From the NCBI GenBank assembly GCA_951406725.2, contig OX597814.1:215202001-215266000 (forward strand): a stretch of 64,000 nt of DNA, given 5' to 3'. The notes under the pieces were generated by a model. That model was not told where the DNA came from, did not search any database, and saw nothing but the letters and a program-made list of their open reading frames with translations. Made by a program: the position numbers and the translations under genes. The DNA comes from Octopus vulgaris (taxonomy: Eukaryota). Every line of letters starts with the position of its first letter. The first letter of the stretch is position 1. This document shows, in pieces, positions 39,971-54,440 of the stretch.

Positions 39971-39977
<7 letters not shown>
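39908..39977. repeat. Perfect 33-bp palindrome with a 4-nt loop abutting (TA)n
   Basis: ATAGTTATCGCCATACTAATATGGCATTCTTAT-AAAA-ATAAGAATGCCATATTAGTATGGCGATAACTAT. Confidence 0.9.
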
Positions 39978-40045
<68 letters not shown>

Positions 40046-40687
40046 CATACATATATATATATGTTATTTATATTATATTTATTTAATGAACGCCACGCAC
40101 CCATTTCCAAGTAAGTTTATCTTAACCTTTTTGATACGACTCTATACTGTTTTCTTCCTCCGTCCTTCTCTGATTCCCTTTTGCTGCTCTCCCTCTTTCA
40201 CCGTTTTCTATGTGTCTCTGTCTCTCCCCTCTTTCTTCTTTTCTTTCTCTCTCGTTGCTCACACGTGATCATCGACCATCTTTCTTTACCTCACGTGACC
40301 AGCTTTCTTTTCCTGCAGGACGTTCAAAGGACTAGACGTTTTCTTTGTCTCTCTTCTATCTTGTCTCTCTTCAAAGAGAATATTTCTCCAAGCGTTCACT
40401 ATTTTCCTCTCGTTCTTGTCTAACGACCCTCCATGTTTGTTTTCGTTGGGTTTCCTTGTATGTCTCCACTCCCGTTTTGTTCTCAAATTTAACCCTCCAT
40501 AAATCCTGAATTTTGCTTTAGAATTTATGCAGCGGCTTCACAGGGGCTCCACTATATTACAGAATATTAAAATGAAAATCTTGATAGTGTATGTGGTGTG
40601 TCAAAACATGCGAACAGCAAGATCATATAGATTTCATCAAACGGTAGTTAATCGAATTTCGTCAAGTGGACAGTTGAAAGAATTTCG

Positions 40688-40854
40688 TTATGGCTGCGTG
40701 GTAAGAAGCGTACTTCCCAACCATATATTTCCGGATTCAGTTCCACTGCGTGGCACCTTAGGTAAGTGTCTTGTATTATAGCCTCGAGACGACCAAAGCC
40801 TTGTCGGTGAATTTGGTTGACGGAAACGGAAATCCCATCGTGTATATGTGTGAC

Positions 40855-40937
<83 letters not shown>

Positions 40938-41212
40938 ATATATATATGTATATATATATTTATATTTATATATATATATGTATGTATGTATGCATGTATA
41001 TATCTATGCGTGTGTGTACTTGTGTCTGTGTTTGGCCCCCAAAACCACTTGACAACCGGTGTTGGTGTGTTTAGCAGTTCGGCAAAAGATACCGATCAAA
41101 TAAGTACTAAGCTTTAAAAAAAAGTCCTGGGATCGATTTGTTCGACTAAAAACCTTTAAAGCGGTGCCCCAGCATGGCCGCAGTCAAATAACTGAAACAA
41201 GTAAAAGATAAA
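40688..41212 (+). mobile_element. SINE family A, older copy
   Basis: Diverged head, expanded microsatellite, family A tail. Confidence 0.8.
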
Positions 41213-41849
41213 CACTCAGTTGATCGAATCTCGTAAACTAAAGAAACTATAGGTAAAATTAATAGGCAGAAATTATAGGCTGAACATAGGTTAATAAAAG
41301 GCTTGTAGAAGCGAAACATAGGTTAAATTCTATATGGAAAATGTAGGCTGAATATAAGTTTAAGTCAGTATATTAAAATATATAAGCTAAGTTAAGCTAA
41401 TATTCACTTGATTGAATTTTATCAAACGAACAGTCCATTGAATTTTAATCATATGGACATTTAACTTAAATTTCCTCAAATGGTCAGTTGAGCGAATATC
41501 AAGACTATAGGCTAAAATCTATAGGCAAATTGCTCGAAAATCTCTATGTTAAATATATAGGCAAAGTTAAGCAAACGGTCATTTTATGAAAAAGGAACCT
41601 ATTTTCCTTATCGGTGATATTTAATACATGAAGGAAATTTTCTTTCCCATTTCACACATCGTTAGAACCCTCAAGAATTTCCCGAGGAGTTCGTTTCGTT
41701 GTCACGACTTGCTAGAAATCAAACTCGAAAGTAATAGAAAGGAAGAGCACATCAGATAATTTAGTCCTATAACATTCATAAAACAACAAAAAATGCGATA
41801 TTAAAATAGGAACGCCTTTGAACATAGAGTTGTTAAACAACAGCAGTCT

Positions 41850-42300
41850 TGACGAGAACTTTCTGGTGATGTTACCCTCATATGGTCTTCAACTGTTTCT
41901 CACCAAATAGATGAGACTTTTCCAGTCAGAGCATTCTATCGAAACATTTGTCGACGAGCCTTCTCCATCTCATATTCTATTAACTCTGTTGTACCAAAGC
42001 GTTAAGCCAAATCGTCCATATTAATTCTTTTATACGTCGGTGACCTACTCTCTCCTACTTTCAACGAGTTACACCCCTGTACAGATGATAACACCCTTCA
42101 CTCCTCCTTAACCTTTTGCACACAGTCGTCATTCATACCTCCCAATGAATGCACTAATTCCGTTCACAAAGAATTAAAACACCATCCAGTGAAGATATAA
42201 CGACCTATTTTCTGACATAACGAAAATAGACATTACACATATCAAGGAAATATCTAAGAATACGCCTTTTTCACTTGTAAACTGTTCGCAGATAAACCTT
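41850..42300 (+). pseudogene. Highly decayed CR1/L2/Jockey-type RT fragment
   Basis: SINSVVPK...LLYVGDLL...NELHPCTDDNTLHS resembles GVPQG..LF..FINDL...YADD. Confidence 0.5.
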
Positions 42301-43947
42301 CACACACTTTTATAAAAGTGTCAAAATCTAGAGATTTCTCATGCGAACGCATATCTGAAAAGTTGCTACAACATATCTACAATGAGACAACGAGGAGACA
42401 TCTACGTAGGCGCTCCACATTCTAGAAGCAGCAGCCAAATATCTCTCAAATCACACCCTAGCATCTGAAGTAAAAGACAATATCAGGATGCCGAGATGAT
42501 CGCGGTTGGGATGTCTATGATCAGAGCTGATTTGGGGTTGAGCCACACCATTGTAAAAACTATATAAATAGATTTTATTTCCTTTTAAGGAAACTAATTT
42601 CTGTTCTGAACTTATGGTAATGTTCTAGCACAATAAATTCCACACCACTTTGATGGGAAACGCTTAAGTCTAGAATAATTGCTAACGTTCAATGAAGCAT
42701 AACGAACTCCACATCGATTTTAAAGGAAATACTTCAGCCTTAACTGTTGCTAACGGTCTACAGAAGATAATGGTCTCCAAACCGACGTAGTGTGTACGTA
42801 TCTGAGACTAGGCAGAAGTTATATATATTAATATTGTAGACTGCATCGATTGACAGACTATCCAAGATTCACTTACTAATATACTTCAGTCTATGCAACA
42901 CCAAAGGACTTTAACTCCACGCTGCCTCAATCACTGGAGTTTTCGCTTTTCTGAACTAGCAAACTATGTAACATCCTACTTCATTCATCGGCCTCTCCTC
43001 ATCTCATCATCTCTACAGTGTTTCGGCAGTAAATTTTCCGGATTAAATACTTTAACCAAATCTTTATTTCTAAAATTTCACCATGGTCTAGGTTTTGCTA
43101 GAGATAAATATTTTTTCAGTCCTTAATAGTGGTGAGTTCCATAACTTATTGGATTGTTCGATTAGTGCAGCACATTATGACTTCATGTAGTGTATGGAAG
43201 TCAAATCAGCCTTGTGAAATTCACACCTCACCATGTTATACTCGGCTAAACATCCTATCTTAAATTCTCTCCCTCTTCTGATCTATTTTTGCATAACTGT
43301 ATTTATAGAATGATACATGCATACATATATATATCCATATATGTAGCATATGTACCCATAATGAATACGTGAGAGAGGGAGAGAGAGAGAGAAGAGAGAT
43401 AAGAGAGATAAGAGAGAGAAGAGAGAGAGGATTCAGTTAAAGGGTAATGTATTGAATACCGCACGCAATGAATTCGCAAAGATTCGGAATATCTCACATC
43501 ATCTTTCCGATGCTCTAACTATTCTGCTAATCTGCTACTACCGTTTAGTTTGTATATAATGTCACCAAACAGTAATTATTAGTATGAGATCAGTCGTTTT
43601 CATACTAATAACACCATGTCACATGAAATGGCCAATAGGGGCCAACATCTGGAAGCCGCCTTAAAAATATCATAATCCTTTTACTCTTCTATAGATGCCT
43701 GGCGTGATAGTTTTGTTCTACGAGCCTACAAAGCTTTAAGGTGTACGGAGCTGAGTCAAACTGTTATTGGATTATATATCAGGCTTGTGTGAGTGGTTAT
43801 GAAGATCACTTTTAAACCACAAGCTTTCAGGTTCAATCCCACAACGTAGCATCTTGGCAAAGTATCCTCGACTATAATCCTGAGATAATCACTGCCACTT
43901 GAGTAAATTTGGTAGACTGAAACTGTGTAACTGTGTAGCATCATGTC

Positions 43948-44009
<62 letters not shown>

Positions 44010-44048
44010 ATATGCATATGTGTGTGTGTGTGTGTAAATATACATACA

Positions 44049-44153
<105 letters not shown>

Positions 44154-44335
44154 ATGTATATATAAACGTCACTAAAGTGACAAGGATACAAAGTGGTACC
44201 AGCATTGCTAGAAATAAGAGTCAAAACGACTCATTAGCCACAAAAAGCACTATCTTAGTAAGTTGACGAGGGAGACAAAGCTCCCTACTGAAGTAGCAGA
44301 TATACTCATATCACGTGATTTCAAATTCTAATGCA

Positions 44336-44375
<40 letters not shown>

Positions 44376-45109
44376 GTACACACACGCGCGCGCGCATGCA
44401 CACACATATCTATATATGTATGTGTGTGTGTGTTTGTGTGCGTGCATGTGTGTGTGTCTTTTCGTCTGCGTCTGGCCACCAAAACTGCTGTACAACTGTT
44501 CATTTGTTTGAATTCCTATAACTTAGCGGTTCGGCAATAATGAATGTAAAAATATGTAGCAGAATTTAAGAAAAAAGGACCAGCAGTTGGGTGGATTTGT
44601 TTGACTGAAGCCTTTCAAAGCAGTACCCCAGCATGGCCGCAGTCTGATGACAGAGACAGCTAAAACGAAACACATAAATCAAATACGTTAGACGTACATT
44701 AACGCTTATATTGTTGAATTGTAAATATGAAGTTAGCAGGCTTCAGTGAAATATTTTTACGTTTTTATTTTAAATAATTTGATCTCTTCTTCATTCTATG
44801 TTCAATTTAATAAAACTATAATTAGCTTTATCATTTAAAGTCAAACTGCTTTGTTTATTTCTATGAAATATCCGTCATAATGAATATTTTCTTTAAATAA
44901 TTATTACGATAAGATTTCTTTGTATATTCTAATTAGCTATCAACTGTTAGCATACAAAGTAGCATTATGCTAGCTATGGGCTATCTTAATGCAGGAGATA
45001 GATTTATTCCACTCTGCCGTTATAAATAGTAAATGAATGTCTCGTATAGCAACAAATTTAACTTTCAATTTAGATTGGTAATGTAATTGATGAATTCTCT
45101 CATCAGACA

Positions 45110-45139
<30 letters not shown>

Positions 45140-45146
<7 letters not shown>

Positions 45147-45314
45147 TTTTAAGAAAAGCATAAATCCGAAGAAGAAGCTCACACTAAGAATGAGAGCAGA
45201 CTATATTTATTACTGGTGAAGGCCGGTTTATCGGGTTAACCTGGGTTTTTCGCCATAAAGAGTACCTTTCCTTTATGTCTTATCTTTCAGACCCCATAAA
45301 CCGGCCTTCACCAG

Positions 45315-45316
<2 letters not shown>
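45140..45316 (-). mobile_element. (TA)n-bounded hairpin element related to 63145-63440
   Basis: 20-bp stem ACTGGTGAAGGCCGGTTTAT/ATAAACCGGCCTTCACCAGT, inner CATAAAG/CTTTATG. The tail shares TTCGGATTTATG with the 63 kb copy. Confidence 0.7.
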
Positions 45317-45352
<36 letters not shown>

Positions 45353-45444
45353 GAAAACACAAAGAGAAAACAGAACAACGCGAGGACGTGGAACAAGTAA
45401 AGTGTTATTGGACGCTCAGGAAAGGAAAGAACGAAAGAAGGAGG

Positions 45445-45479
45445 ATTTAACGTTTCGTGCAGAGCTCTTCGTCAGAAAC
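45445..45479 (-). ncRNA. Minimal type I hammerhead-like motif
   Basis: Minus strand GTTT-CTGACGA-A-GAGC-TCT-GCAC-GAAA-CG-TT-AAAT (one mismatch in stem II, palindromic stem III ACGT). Confidence 0.6.
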
Positions 45480-45984
45480 ATAGAAAAAGGAAAGGTCCAA
45501 GGAGGGGAAGACATATATATGATGTCCTGATGATCTTCTGATTAATGATGTTCTGGTGATCTTTCTTTATTTCCATTAATTTCTAAATATACAATCGTAT
45601 TGTATAATGCTGAACATATATATATGTGCAAATATTTACGATAGTTAATACATCTTGAGGAAGGTTGCGAAACGGCTGCTACCCCATAGAAGTCATGTGG
45701 TTAAATATATATTTCCTTCTGAAACTCCTGACTTTATGCTTCATATACTCCTCATAAATTTATTGTTTGGATTTTCTTGATTTCGGTTACATGGTCACTT
45801 TTCACCACGCTGCTTCGTAATTTATTATTTTGTGGACTGATAACCGAGTCGATATGAGAAGTTTACTGTATCCATATTTCATACTACTCTTATACTTAAA
45901 TATACAAGTGGACAAACGATAGAAAGGGCACTTAACACATTTACTGGGAGATACATGTATTGTTCAAAACACTTTTGAACAATA

Positions 45985-46040
<56 letters not shown>

Positions 46041-46152
46041 CATAAGTATTCATATATATATATATATATACATATATACGTATATATACATGCATATATG
46101 CATATATATATATCAATATTAATATATATATATATTCATATATATATTAATA

Positions 46153-46499
46153 TATAAATACAGTGTACATTTAAACACATAAGAGATGGCCATAATAGGA
46201 CATCTTAACCGCTAGAAGGAGTAGTTAAACTCCAAACCACTATTAGGGTAATTTTGAAAGGGAATGAAAAATAAAAACATTTACCATCTATTTCCTGGAC
46301 CATGGATTCAAGCTATCTTCAGCAAATAGAGTAAAAATAGCTTGAATCCATGGTCCAGGAAATAGATGTTAAATCTTTTTAGTTTTCATTCCCTTTCGAA
46401 ATTACCCCTAAGTGTTTTGGATTTTAACTACTCCTTCTAGCGGTTAAGATGTCCTATTATGGCCATCTCTTATGTGTTTAAATGTACACTGTATTTATA
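46153..46499. repeat. Fold-back element, ~164-bp arms and 20-nt loop
   Basis: Arms 46153-46316 and 46337-46499; outer and inner parts perfect, mismatches clustered mid-arm; flanked by (TA)n and a unique tail to ~46610. Confidence 0.9.
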
Positions 46500-46625
46500 A
46501 TAAATAATATATAGTCTATTGTCTAGTTTATCCACACGCTAGGCCACTGGTGGTAAAAAAAAAATTCTAAATAATTTTTTACTACCCTGAAATTTATTGA
46601 TAATAATTTATATATATATATATAT

Positions 46626-46805
46626 ATATATTTGTAAAAAATGAAGTTCGAAAATGCTGCTGTATTATACAATTTTTAATTTTTATATATAACTTTTTTT
46701 GATAAGGTTCATTTCAGGAACTGAAACATGTTATAATGTATATATAAAAATTAAAAATTGTATAATACAGCAGCATTTTCGAACTTCATTTTTTACAAAT
46801 ATATA
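46626..46805. repeat. Fold-back element, ~65-bp perfect arms, loop containing a degenerate hammerhead
   Basis: Arms TTTGTAAAAAATGAAGTTCGAAAATGCTGCTG... and its reverse complement; loop TTGATAA-GGTTC..GAACT-GAAA-CATG-TT-ATAA. Confidence 0.85.
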
Positions 46806-46831
46806 CCTACTCGTATACGAGCTAATCCTAT

Positions 46832-46879
<48 letters not shown>

Positions 46880-46880
<1 letters not shown>

Positions 46881-47145
46881 CTCTTTTACGGGGACGTAAA
46901 CACACCAACATCGGTTGTCAAGCAATGCTAGGGGTACAAACACAGGCACACAAACATACACACATACATATATATATACATATATACGACAGGCTTCTTT
47001 CAGTTTCCGTCTACCAAATCCACTCACGAGGCATTTGTCGGCCCGGGGCTATAGCAGATGACACTTGCCCAAGATGCCACGCAGTGGGAGTGAACCCGGA
47101 ACCATGTGGTTGGTTAGCAAGCTACTTACCACACAGACACTCCTA
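46880..47145 (-). mobile_element. SINE family A, partial
   Basis: Reverse-complement head and body. Confidence 0.85.
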
Positions 47146-47618
47146 TATATATATATAACAATATTTAGCAGAAGCAACAGAGTGACTCAAGGGTTGAGAG
47201 TTATGTGTGTTGGCTCTTATCAAAGTATTTTGATAATTGCTAACTCAGGAAACTCCTGACACTTGAGTCTTTGTGTTGCTTTTGCTAAATAAAGATAGGT
47301 ATATGTATATATTCATATTTTGAGTTCTATATGCGCGTGTGCACGTGTGTGTGTGTCTGTTCGCGCGCGTGTGTGCGTGTGTGTGTATGTGTTCGTGTAT
47401 CTTTGTGCGTGTGTGTGTTTGTATGTGTTCGTGTTTGTGTGCGCGCGCGCCTATGTGTGTTCGTATGTGTGCGTGAGTATATGTGTGTGTGTGTGCGTGC
47501 GTGTGTGTGTGTGTGCTCGTGTATCTTTGTGCGAGCGTGTGTGTGTGTTCGTGTGTGTTTGTATGTGTTCGTGTGTGCGTGAGTGCGCGCGTCTATGTAT
47601 GTTCGTATGTGTGCGTGA

Positions 47619-47665
<47 letters not shown>

Positions 47666-48299
47666 TGTGTGTGACTCTCTGTCTCTTTTGTTCTATGGGG
47701 GTCGAACGTTACAGTTTGAGATGGACAGCTGAAATTTAAATTTCTCACACTGCCTCTGGGCGGATTGTGTGTAAGAACTTAATTCTTTGACGCTAGTCTT
47801 TCCAACATTGAAATACCTCAGCTGTGCTTCTACTCGTTTTATCAACCACCATCTTTTATTGCGCAGCTTGTATGTTCTAATCGTCTTTTCATAAATTTCA
47901 GGGAGTGACGTAAAACAGTGGTAACTACTATTGTGTTTGAAGTCAGCTTTAGGTCATCCTGTTTGATCTTGCTGTTTCTTGTTCCCTTTGTATGTTTATT
48001 GCTTTGTTCTACGATTGCTTTATTCCTTTTGTATCGTTTGGCTTTGAGAATATCGTATAGTTTTGTTCAATATTTCTTGTTTTGGCTTTTCGCCTTTGTT
48101 CATAGATTGTCGCCATTTTCTAATGGTAACCGCATCACTTTTTTCGAACTTTTAGACCGGAGGTTTCTTCTGTTATTTTGTTTGTCGCTTGTATGAAAGT
48201 CACATACTCGTAGTCTGTCATGCGTTTCAACCTGTGCCAAAAAATGAGAAAATATCTTTATGTATGTATGTATGTATGTATGTATGTATGTATGTATGT

Positions 48300-48801
48300 A
48301 TATCATTATTCAGTTTATTTCAAAATTTCTTGCCAATAGAGAAACCGGTTTCTAATCTAAATCATTGGAATTTCCTCATCAACAACAGGGTATTTTTGTA
48401 TGTATGTATGTATGTATGTATGTATGTGTGTGTGTATGTATGTATGTATGTATGTATGTATGTATGTATGTATGTATCTATGTATGCATGTATATATTAT
48501 GTATGTATGTATGTATGTATGTATGTATGTGTGTGTATGTATGTATGTATGTATGTATGTATGTATGTATCTATGTATGCATGTATATATTATGTATGTA
48601 TGCATGTATGTATCTATGTATCTATGTATGTATCTATGTATGCATGTATGTATTCATGTATGTATAATATGTATGTATGTATGTATGTATATCATTATTC
48701 AGTTTATTTCAAAATTTCTTGCCAATAGAGAAAGAACCGGTTTCTAATCTAGATCCAAAGCTCCTTCATTGGAATTTCAACATAAACAACAGGGTATTTT
48801 T
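48300..48801. repeat. Two copies of a ~100-bp unit embedded in (TATG)n
   Basis: TATCATTATTCAGTTTATTTCAAAATTTCTTGCCAATAGAG...AACAACAGGGTATTTTT at 48300-48398 and 48690-48801. Confidence 0.85.
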
Positions 48802-49962
48802 GCATGTATGCATGCATGTATATATATATGTATGTATGCATGTACGTATGTATGTATGTATGCATGTATGTATGTATGTATATATGTATGTATATATGTA
48901 TGTATGTATGTATGCATGTATGTATGTATGTATGTATGTATGTATGTATGTATGTATGTATGTATGTATGTATGTATGTATGTATGCATGTATGTATGTA
49001 TGTGCAGATTTGTATGCTTTATGTATTTATTCTCATGCATATATTTACTTTGGTCGGCCCGAAGCTAGAGTAGAAGACACTTTCCTAAGGTGCCACGCAG
49101 AGGGACTTAACCCGTAACCTTGTGGTTAGGAAGCAAGGTTCTTACCAGACAGCCACACCTGCGCCAAAGAATCCTATGGCTTTAAGAGAAAGTTCTTCCA
49201 ATAGACCAGGCTAACCAGTCACATAGTAATCTAATATAGAGTATAATGCAGAGTTCCATACTCCTGAAATGCAGGAGATCTGAGCAGCGAAAATGTTTCA
49301 TGATGACTGTATATATTTTATGAAGAATGTATGTGTGTGACTATGTGTATATATATATCGAATAAAGACATTGTGAAGCGTGACACGTAACTGAAGACCG
49401 ATTTCAGTAAAAGGTTCCACTCCAGAATCCAGCATAGTACGACGCAGGCCATCAGTGACAGAATAAGTTCGGGATACGAGTCGAATTGCTGAAACACGTG
49501 TAAGTTTTATGAAGCATTGAGTACCATATCAGTTTTCTGTATGTTATTAAACACACACACACACACACACCAGACACAAACACTCACACACACATACACG
49601 CACACATACACGGACGCACAAGAGCGAGGACGCACACACACAAACACACACAACATAAAGTCAGGAGGTATATGAGGTGAATATTTACTTAAGAACATGA
49701 CTTTCATGAAGACGGCTGCGAAATGGCCGTAGTCCTACTGTCGTTACGTGGTTAAATAATAAGTACTCACCTCTTATCCTCTTGAGTCAATGTTTTATAT
49801 AGTCCTCACACAATAATTTAACTGCTCAGATTTCCTATATTTTCAGTTAGATGGACACTTTACATTCCACTAATCTGCAATGAATTACTGTGTGAACTGA
49901 TAGTCGAGCCCCTAAGTGAAGCTTACTGTGATAGCCGCAGGATTATCTGAATCCATATATGC

Positions 49963-49995
<33 letters not shown>

Positions 49996-50525
49996 TGTAT
50001 GTATGTATGTATGTATGTATGTATGTATGTATGTATGTATGTATATTTATACATTGTGAATTAAACACATGTACTATATATTAGGTCGTCACTTCAGCTT
50101 TATAACTATTATTTTAGTCTGTTAGTCGAAGATCATTTGTCTCAGAACAAGAGGGGACACGTGGGATATAGAGTTGCTGACGAGGTCACAGAAGGTGACG
50201 AAATAACTGACCATGAAACTAAATAGCAATAAAGCTGAAATGTAGACCAAATATATAGTGCATGTGTTTAATTGGCAACATATGACCATCCCCAAATATA
50301 ACAATATCTGCTTCAACACACGATTTCCCACCAACATTCTTGCAAAATGAAATACTTAAAATGACACCTGAAGAGACACATCTGCACCGAAAGGTGTACC
50401 ACAGCCAATTGTGTAGTATCCCACCCGCAAGGCACCAATGGGTCGAGACAATCGTTATGAAGTATAAACATTCTCGTGAATTCCATTTTCTGTTTAACCT
50501 CACTTACATATATATATACTTCACA

Positions 50526-50568
<43 letters not shown>

Positions 50569-51321
50569 CAATACTGGGAGGAAGAGAAGTGGAACGAAGA
50601 GACGAATCGAAACGAACCCGACGCGAACGCGCTGTCAGACAATAATGTAATAAATAAAATATATGCATACATACAAACATATATGTACGTACCTACATCT
50701 ACATGTATATATACATGCATATATAAATATATATACACGTGAGTACAGGACACCACAACTAGACGTAGAACTCAACGAAAAACGAAAACGGAAAAGCCAT
50801 TTTTTTTACAACAAAAAAACAGAGACGTGGAACTCAACGAGAAACGAAAATGGGAACAACATCATTTTTTTCAACAGAAAAACAAGGTACAGGACATACT
50901 ACACAAGGAAAAATCCCTTCATCAGCTGTCACTAGCAGACTCAAGCGTGAATTTATAGAAAATAAAAGACGAAAACAGGTTTAGTAGTTTGACGCTCGGG
51001 AAGAATGGAAAAGTCTTTGACGTTTGGAGCCTATGCTGTTCAACGGAAAGTATTGAGGGGGAATAATGGAGGGAGAACGGAAAGCGAAAAAAATTTGTAG
51101 GGATTAACAGTTCAACATGATGAAATAACTGGAAGAAAGAGGCTCAGTGAAGGGGAGATAATAAGGGTGACGCGGCTGATCTAGGGTGCGCAAGCGCGTG
51201 TGTATGTGAGAATGGTATGTGTGAGTGTGTATGGTGAGGAGGGGGGGCGAGTGCGTGTGAATGTATGTGTGGACAAGCTTAAAATTTTGTTGGGCTGTGT
51301 ATGCGATTGGGAGCGTGCGCT

Positions 51322-51369
<48 letters not shown>

Positions 51370-51504
51370 AAGAAATGAGGTACTCAGAAATTCGGATGCT
51401 TTTATATTTACCGATATTTATTTGTATATTACATGTTTTTATACATCATATAACTTATATATTAGCGCTTTCTCCCATTCTAGCGGGATTTTCAAATCGA
51501 ACTA

Positions 51505-52152
51505 TTCTCTTTTACTTGTTTCAGTCATTTGACTGTGGACATGCTGGAGCACTGCCTTTTAGTCGAGCAAATCGACCCCAGGACTTATTCTTTGTAAGCT
51601 TAGTACTTATTCTATCGGTCTGTTTTGCCGAACCGCTAAGTTGTGGGAACGTAAACACACCAGCATCGGTTGTCAAGCGATGTTAGGACAAACAGATACA
51701 CAAGCATATACACACACAAACATATATATGTACTCTTTTACTCTTTTACTTGTTTCAGTCATTTGACTGCGGCCATGCTGGAGCACCGCCTTTAATCGAG
51801 CAAATCGACCCCGGGACTTATTCTTTGTAAGCCCAGTACTTATTCTATCGGTCTCTTTTTGCCGAACAGCTAAGTGACGGGGACGTAAGCACACCAGCAT
51901 CGGTTGTCAAGCAATGCTAGGGGCACAAACACAGACACACAAACACACACACATACATACATATATATATATATATACACATATATACGACAGGCTTCTT
52001 TCAGTTTCCGTCTACCAAATCCACTTACAAGGCATTGGTCGGCCCGGGGCTATAGCAGAAGACACTTGCCCAAGATGTCACGCAGTGGGATTGAACCCGG
52101 AACCATGTGGTTGGTTAGCAAGCTACTTACCACACAGCCACTCCTGCGCCTA
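51505..52152 (-). mobile_element. Two SINE family A copies (partial 51505-51725, full 51731-52152)
   Basis: Reverse complement of the family A consensus. Confidence 0.9.
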
Positions 52153-52332
52153 TTAATGATTATTATTATGATTATTATAATTATGATTGCTATTATTGTT
52201 ATAGATGTCGCACAGTATACAATATGATAGTAAGCTACTTACCACACAGCCACTTAGATACTTAGATAAGTTTCCGACAGCATTGCCCCTGTCATATCTA
52301 GCACGTATATATATGCAGGAGAGAGAAAGAGC

Positions 52333-52363
<31 letters not shown>

Positions 52364-52777
52364 AGAGAGGGAGAGAGAGAGAAAGAGAGAGAGAAATAAT
52401 GTTTGAAGGGTAAACTTTAGGTGCTTCTTGCTATGATCCATTATGAGAATCGTTTAGAGAAAAGTTATCAAGTTAATGATAGCTGATGAAGTATTTGTTC
52501 TCATTACTCTAATGGGGCTGTTAATTACAATAGACATGAGTCACTTTGGCTACCCCTCTCGAAGAATGTCGAGTTAACCCAGCAGCCGAAGCAGTATCTC
52601 CGCAGTTTATTTACCGAGTTCATTCCAAGGACACAAAGAAACCACAGTAAGAGGATGATGGGTAACGCGCGCCTGTCTCTAGATAAAACAAACCAACACT
52701 CCCTTTCTGCATTTCTCATATCTTACTAATTTCCATATGGGTGCGTGTGTGTCTGTGTGTGTGTCTCTCTCTTTCTC

Positions 52778-52863
<86 letters not shown>

Positions 52864-53000
52864 TGTATGTATGTATGTATGTTTGTATAGCGTGCGTATG
52901 TGTATGTGTATGTGTACGTATGTATATGTGCGTATGTATGTGGTGTGAGTAAGAGTTTATATATAACATCTTTGAAAAGAAAATTTTAAATGTGCGAAAT

Positions 53001-53036
<36 letters not shown>

Positions 53037-53046
53037 GTATAATATA

Positions 53047-53139
<93 letters not shown>

Positions 53140-53204
53140 TTATATATGTATATATATATATATATATGTATATTTATATATGTATATTTATATATGTATA
53201 TGTA

Positions 53205-53250
<46 letters not shown>

Positions 53251-53577
53251 CGTTTGTGTGTACGCGCGCCCGCCAGTTTATGTAAATTTTCAGTTTCTGT
53301 AGGAAGCAGGAATTATAGCTTTCCAACGAGTAGAGGAGGCATTCAAATCTAACGAGAAATAAAGAAAGGAAAAATAAAATAATAAAGAGAGATAAAGACA
53401 CCCAAAAATTTCAGGAGAAAAGAGTAAACGAACTTCAAATGTATGTTTTTTTCCCTCTCTCTGACGGTGAGACAGCTGCCTCTTATGCTTCACATCTGAA
53501 AATGAGGCTGCTTCAACTTTTTACTTTGGCAAGTCGGGCTTGCACTCTTGTTTAGTTGTAGACGTTTTAGAAATATA

Positions 53578-53637
<60 letters not shown>

Positions 53638-53648
53638 AAATATAATAG

Positions 53649-53685
<37 letters not shown>

Positions 53686-53741
53686 AATATAATAGTTATA
53701 TATATATATATAGATATATATATATATAAACATATATATAC

Positions 53742-53792
<51 letters not shown>

Positions 53793-53888
53793 AAATATGA
53801 TAGTTATATATATATACATATATACATATATACATATATATATACATATATATACATATATATATATATATATACAATAAATATATAG

Positions 53889-53975
<87 letters not shown>

Positions 53976-54409
53976 TATATACACACACAATAGTAATATA
54001 TATATATATGTATGTATATATGTGTATATATATGTATGTGTGTGTATATTCCTATGCTGTTCTCTATGTCGCCCGGTTCTTCTGTAAGAACAATAAATAA
54101 ATGAAAAACCTCTGCTGTTCCACCTCCTCCTCCTCCTCCTCCCACACAGACAACCTGCCTGTCTGTTTGCCAGTCAGTCAGTCAAGCAGGCAGACAGACC
54201 GACAGACAGACAGACACTATATTTAGTTGTATTAGAAAACAACTGAGGAATATATATATATATATATAAATCTTCATCCCTGAAAAAAAAAATAAGAAGG
54301 AAAAAGAAATCAAAAGAAGAAAAAGAAGCAAAAGTGGAAGTAGGAGAAAAGGAAGAGGAGAAAGTAAACCGTTCGTTAAAATGTATTATTACGCGAGTTT
54401 ATAAGATCC

Positions 54410-54440
<31 letters not shown>

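Noticed and set aside
48300-48801. Repeat-spacer pattern suggestive of a CRISPR array
   Set aside because: Only two long units, and the spacer is microsatellite.
49380-49506. CTGAAGA...GAAACACGTGTA hammerhead-like pieces
   Set aside because: Stems I and II cannot be formed consistently around the core; at most a relic.
50120-50510. Unique sequence with hydrophobic minus-strand ORFs (possible membrane-protein exon)
   Set aside because: No recognisable motif, overlapping short frames and no convincing splice pair; cannot be supported without expression data.
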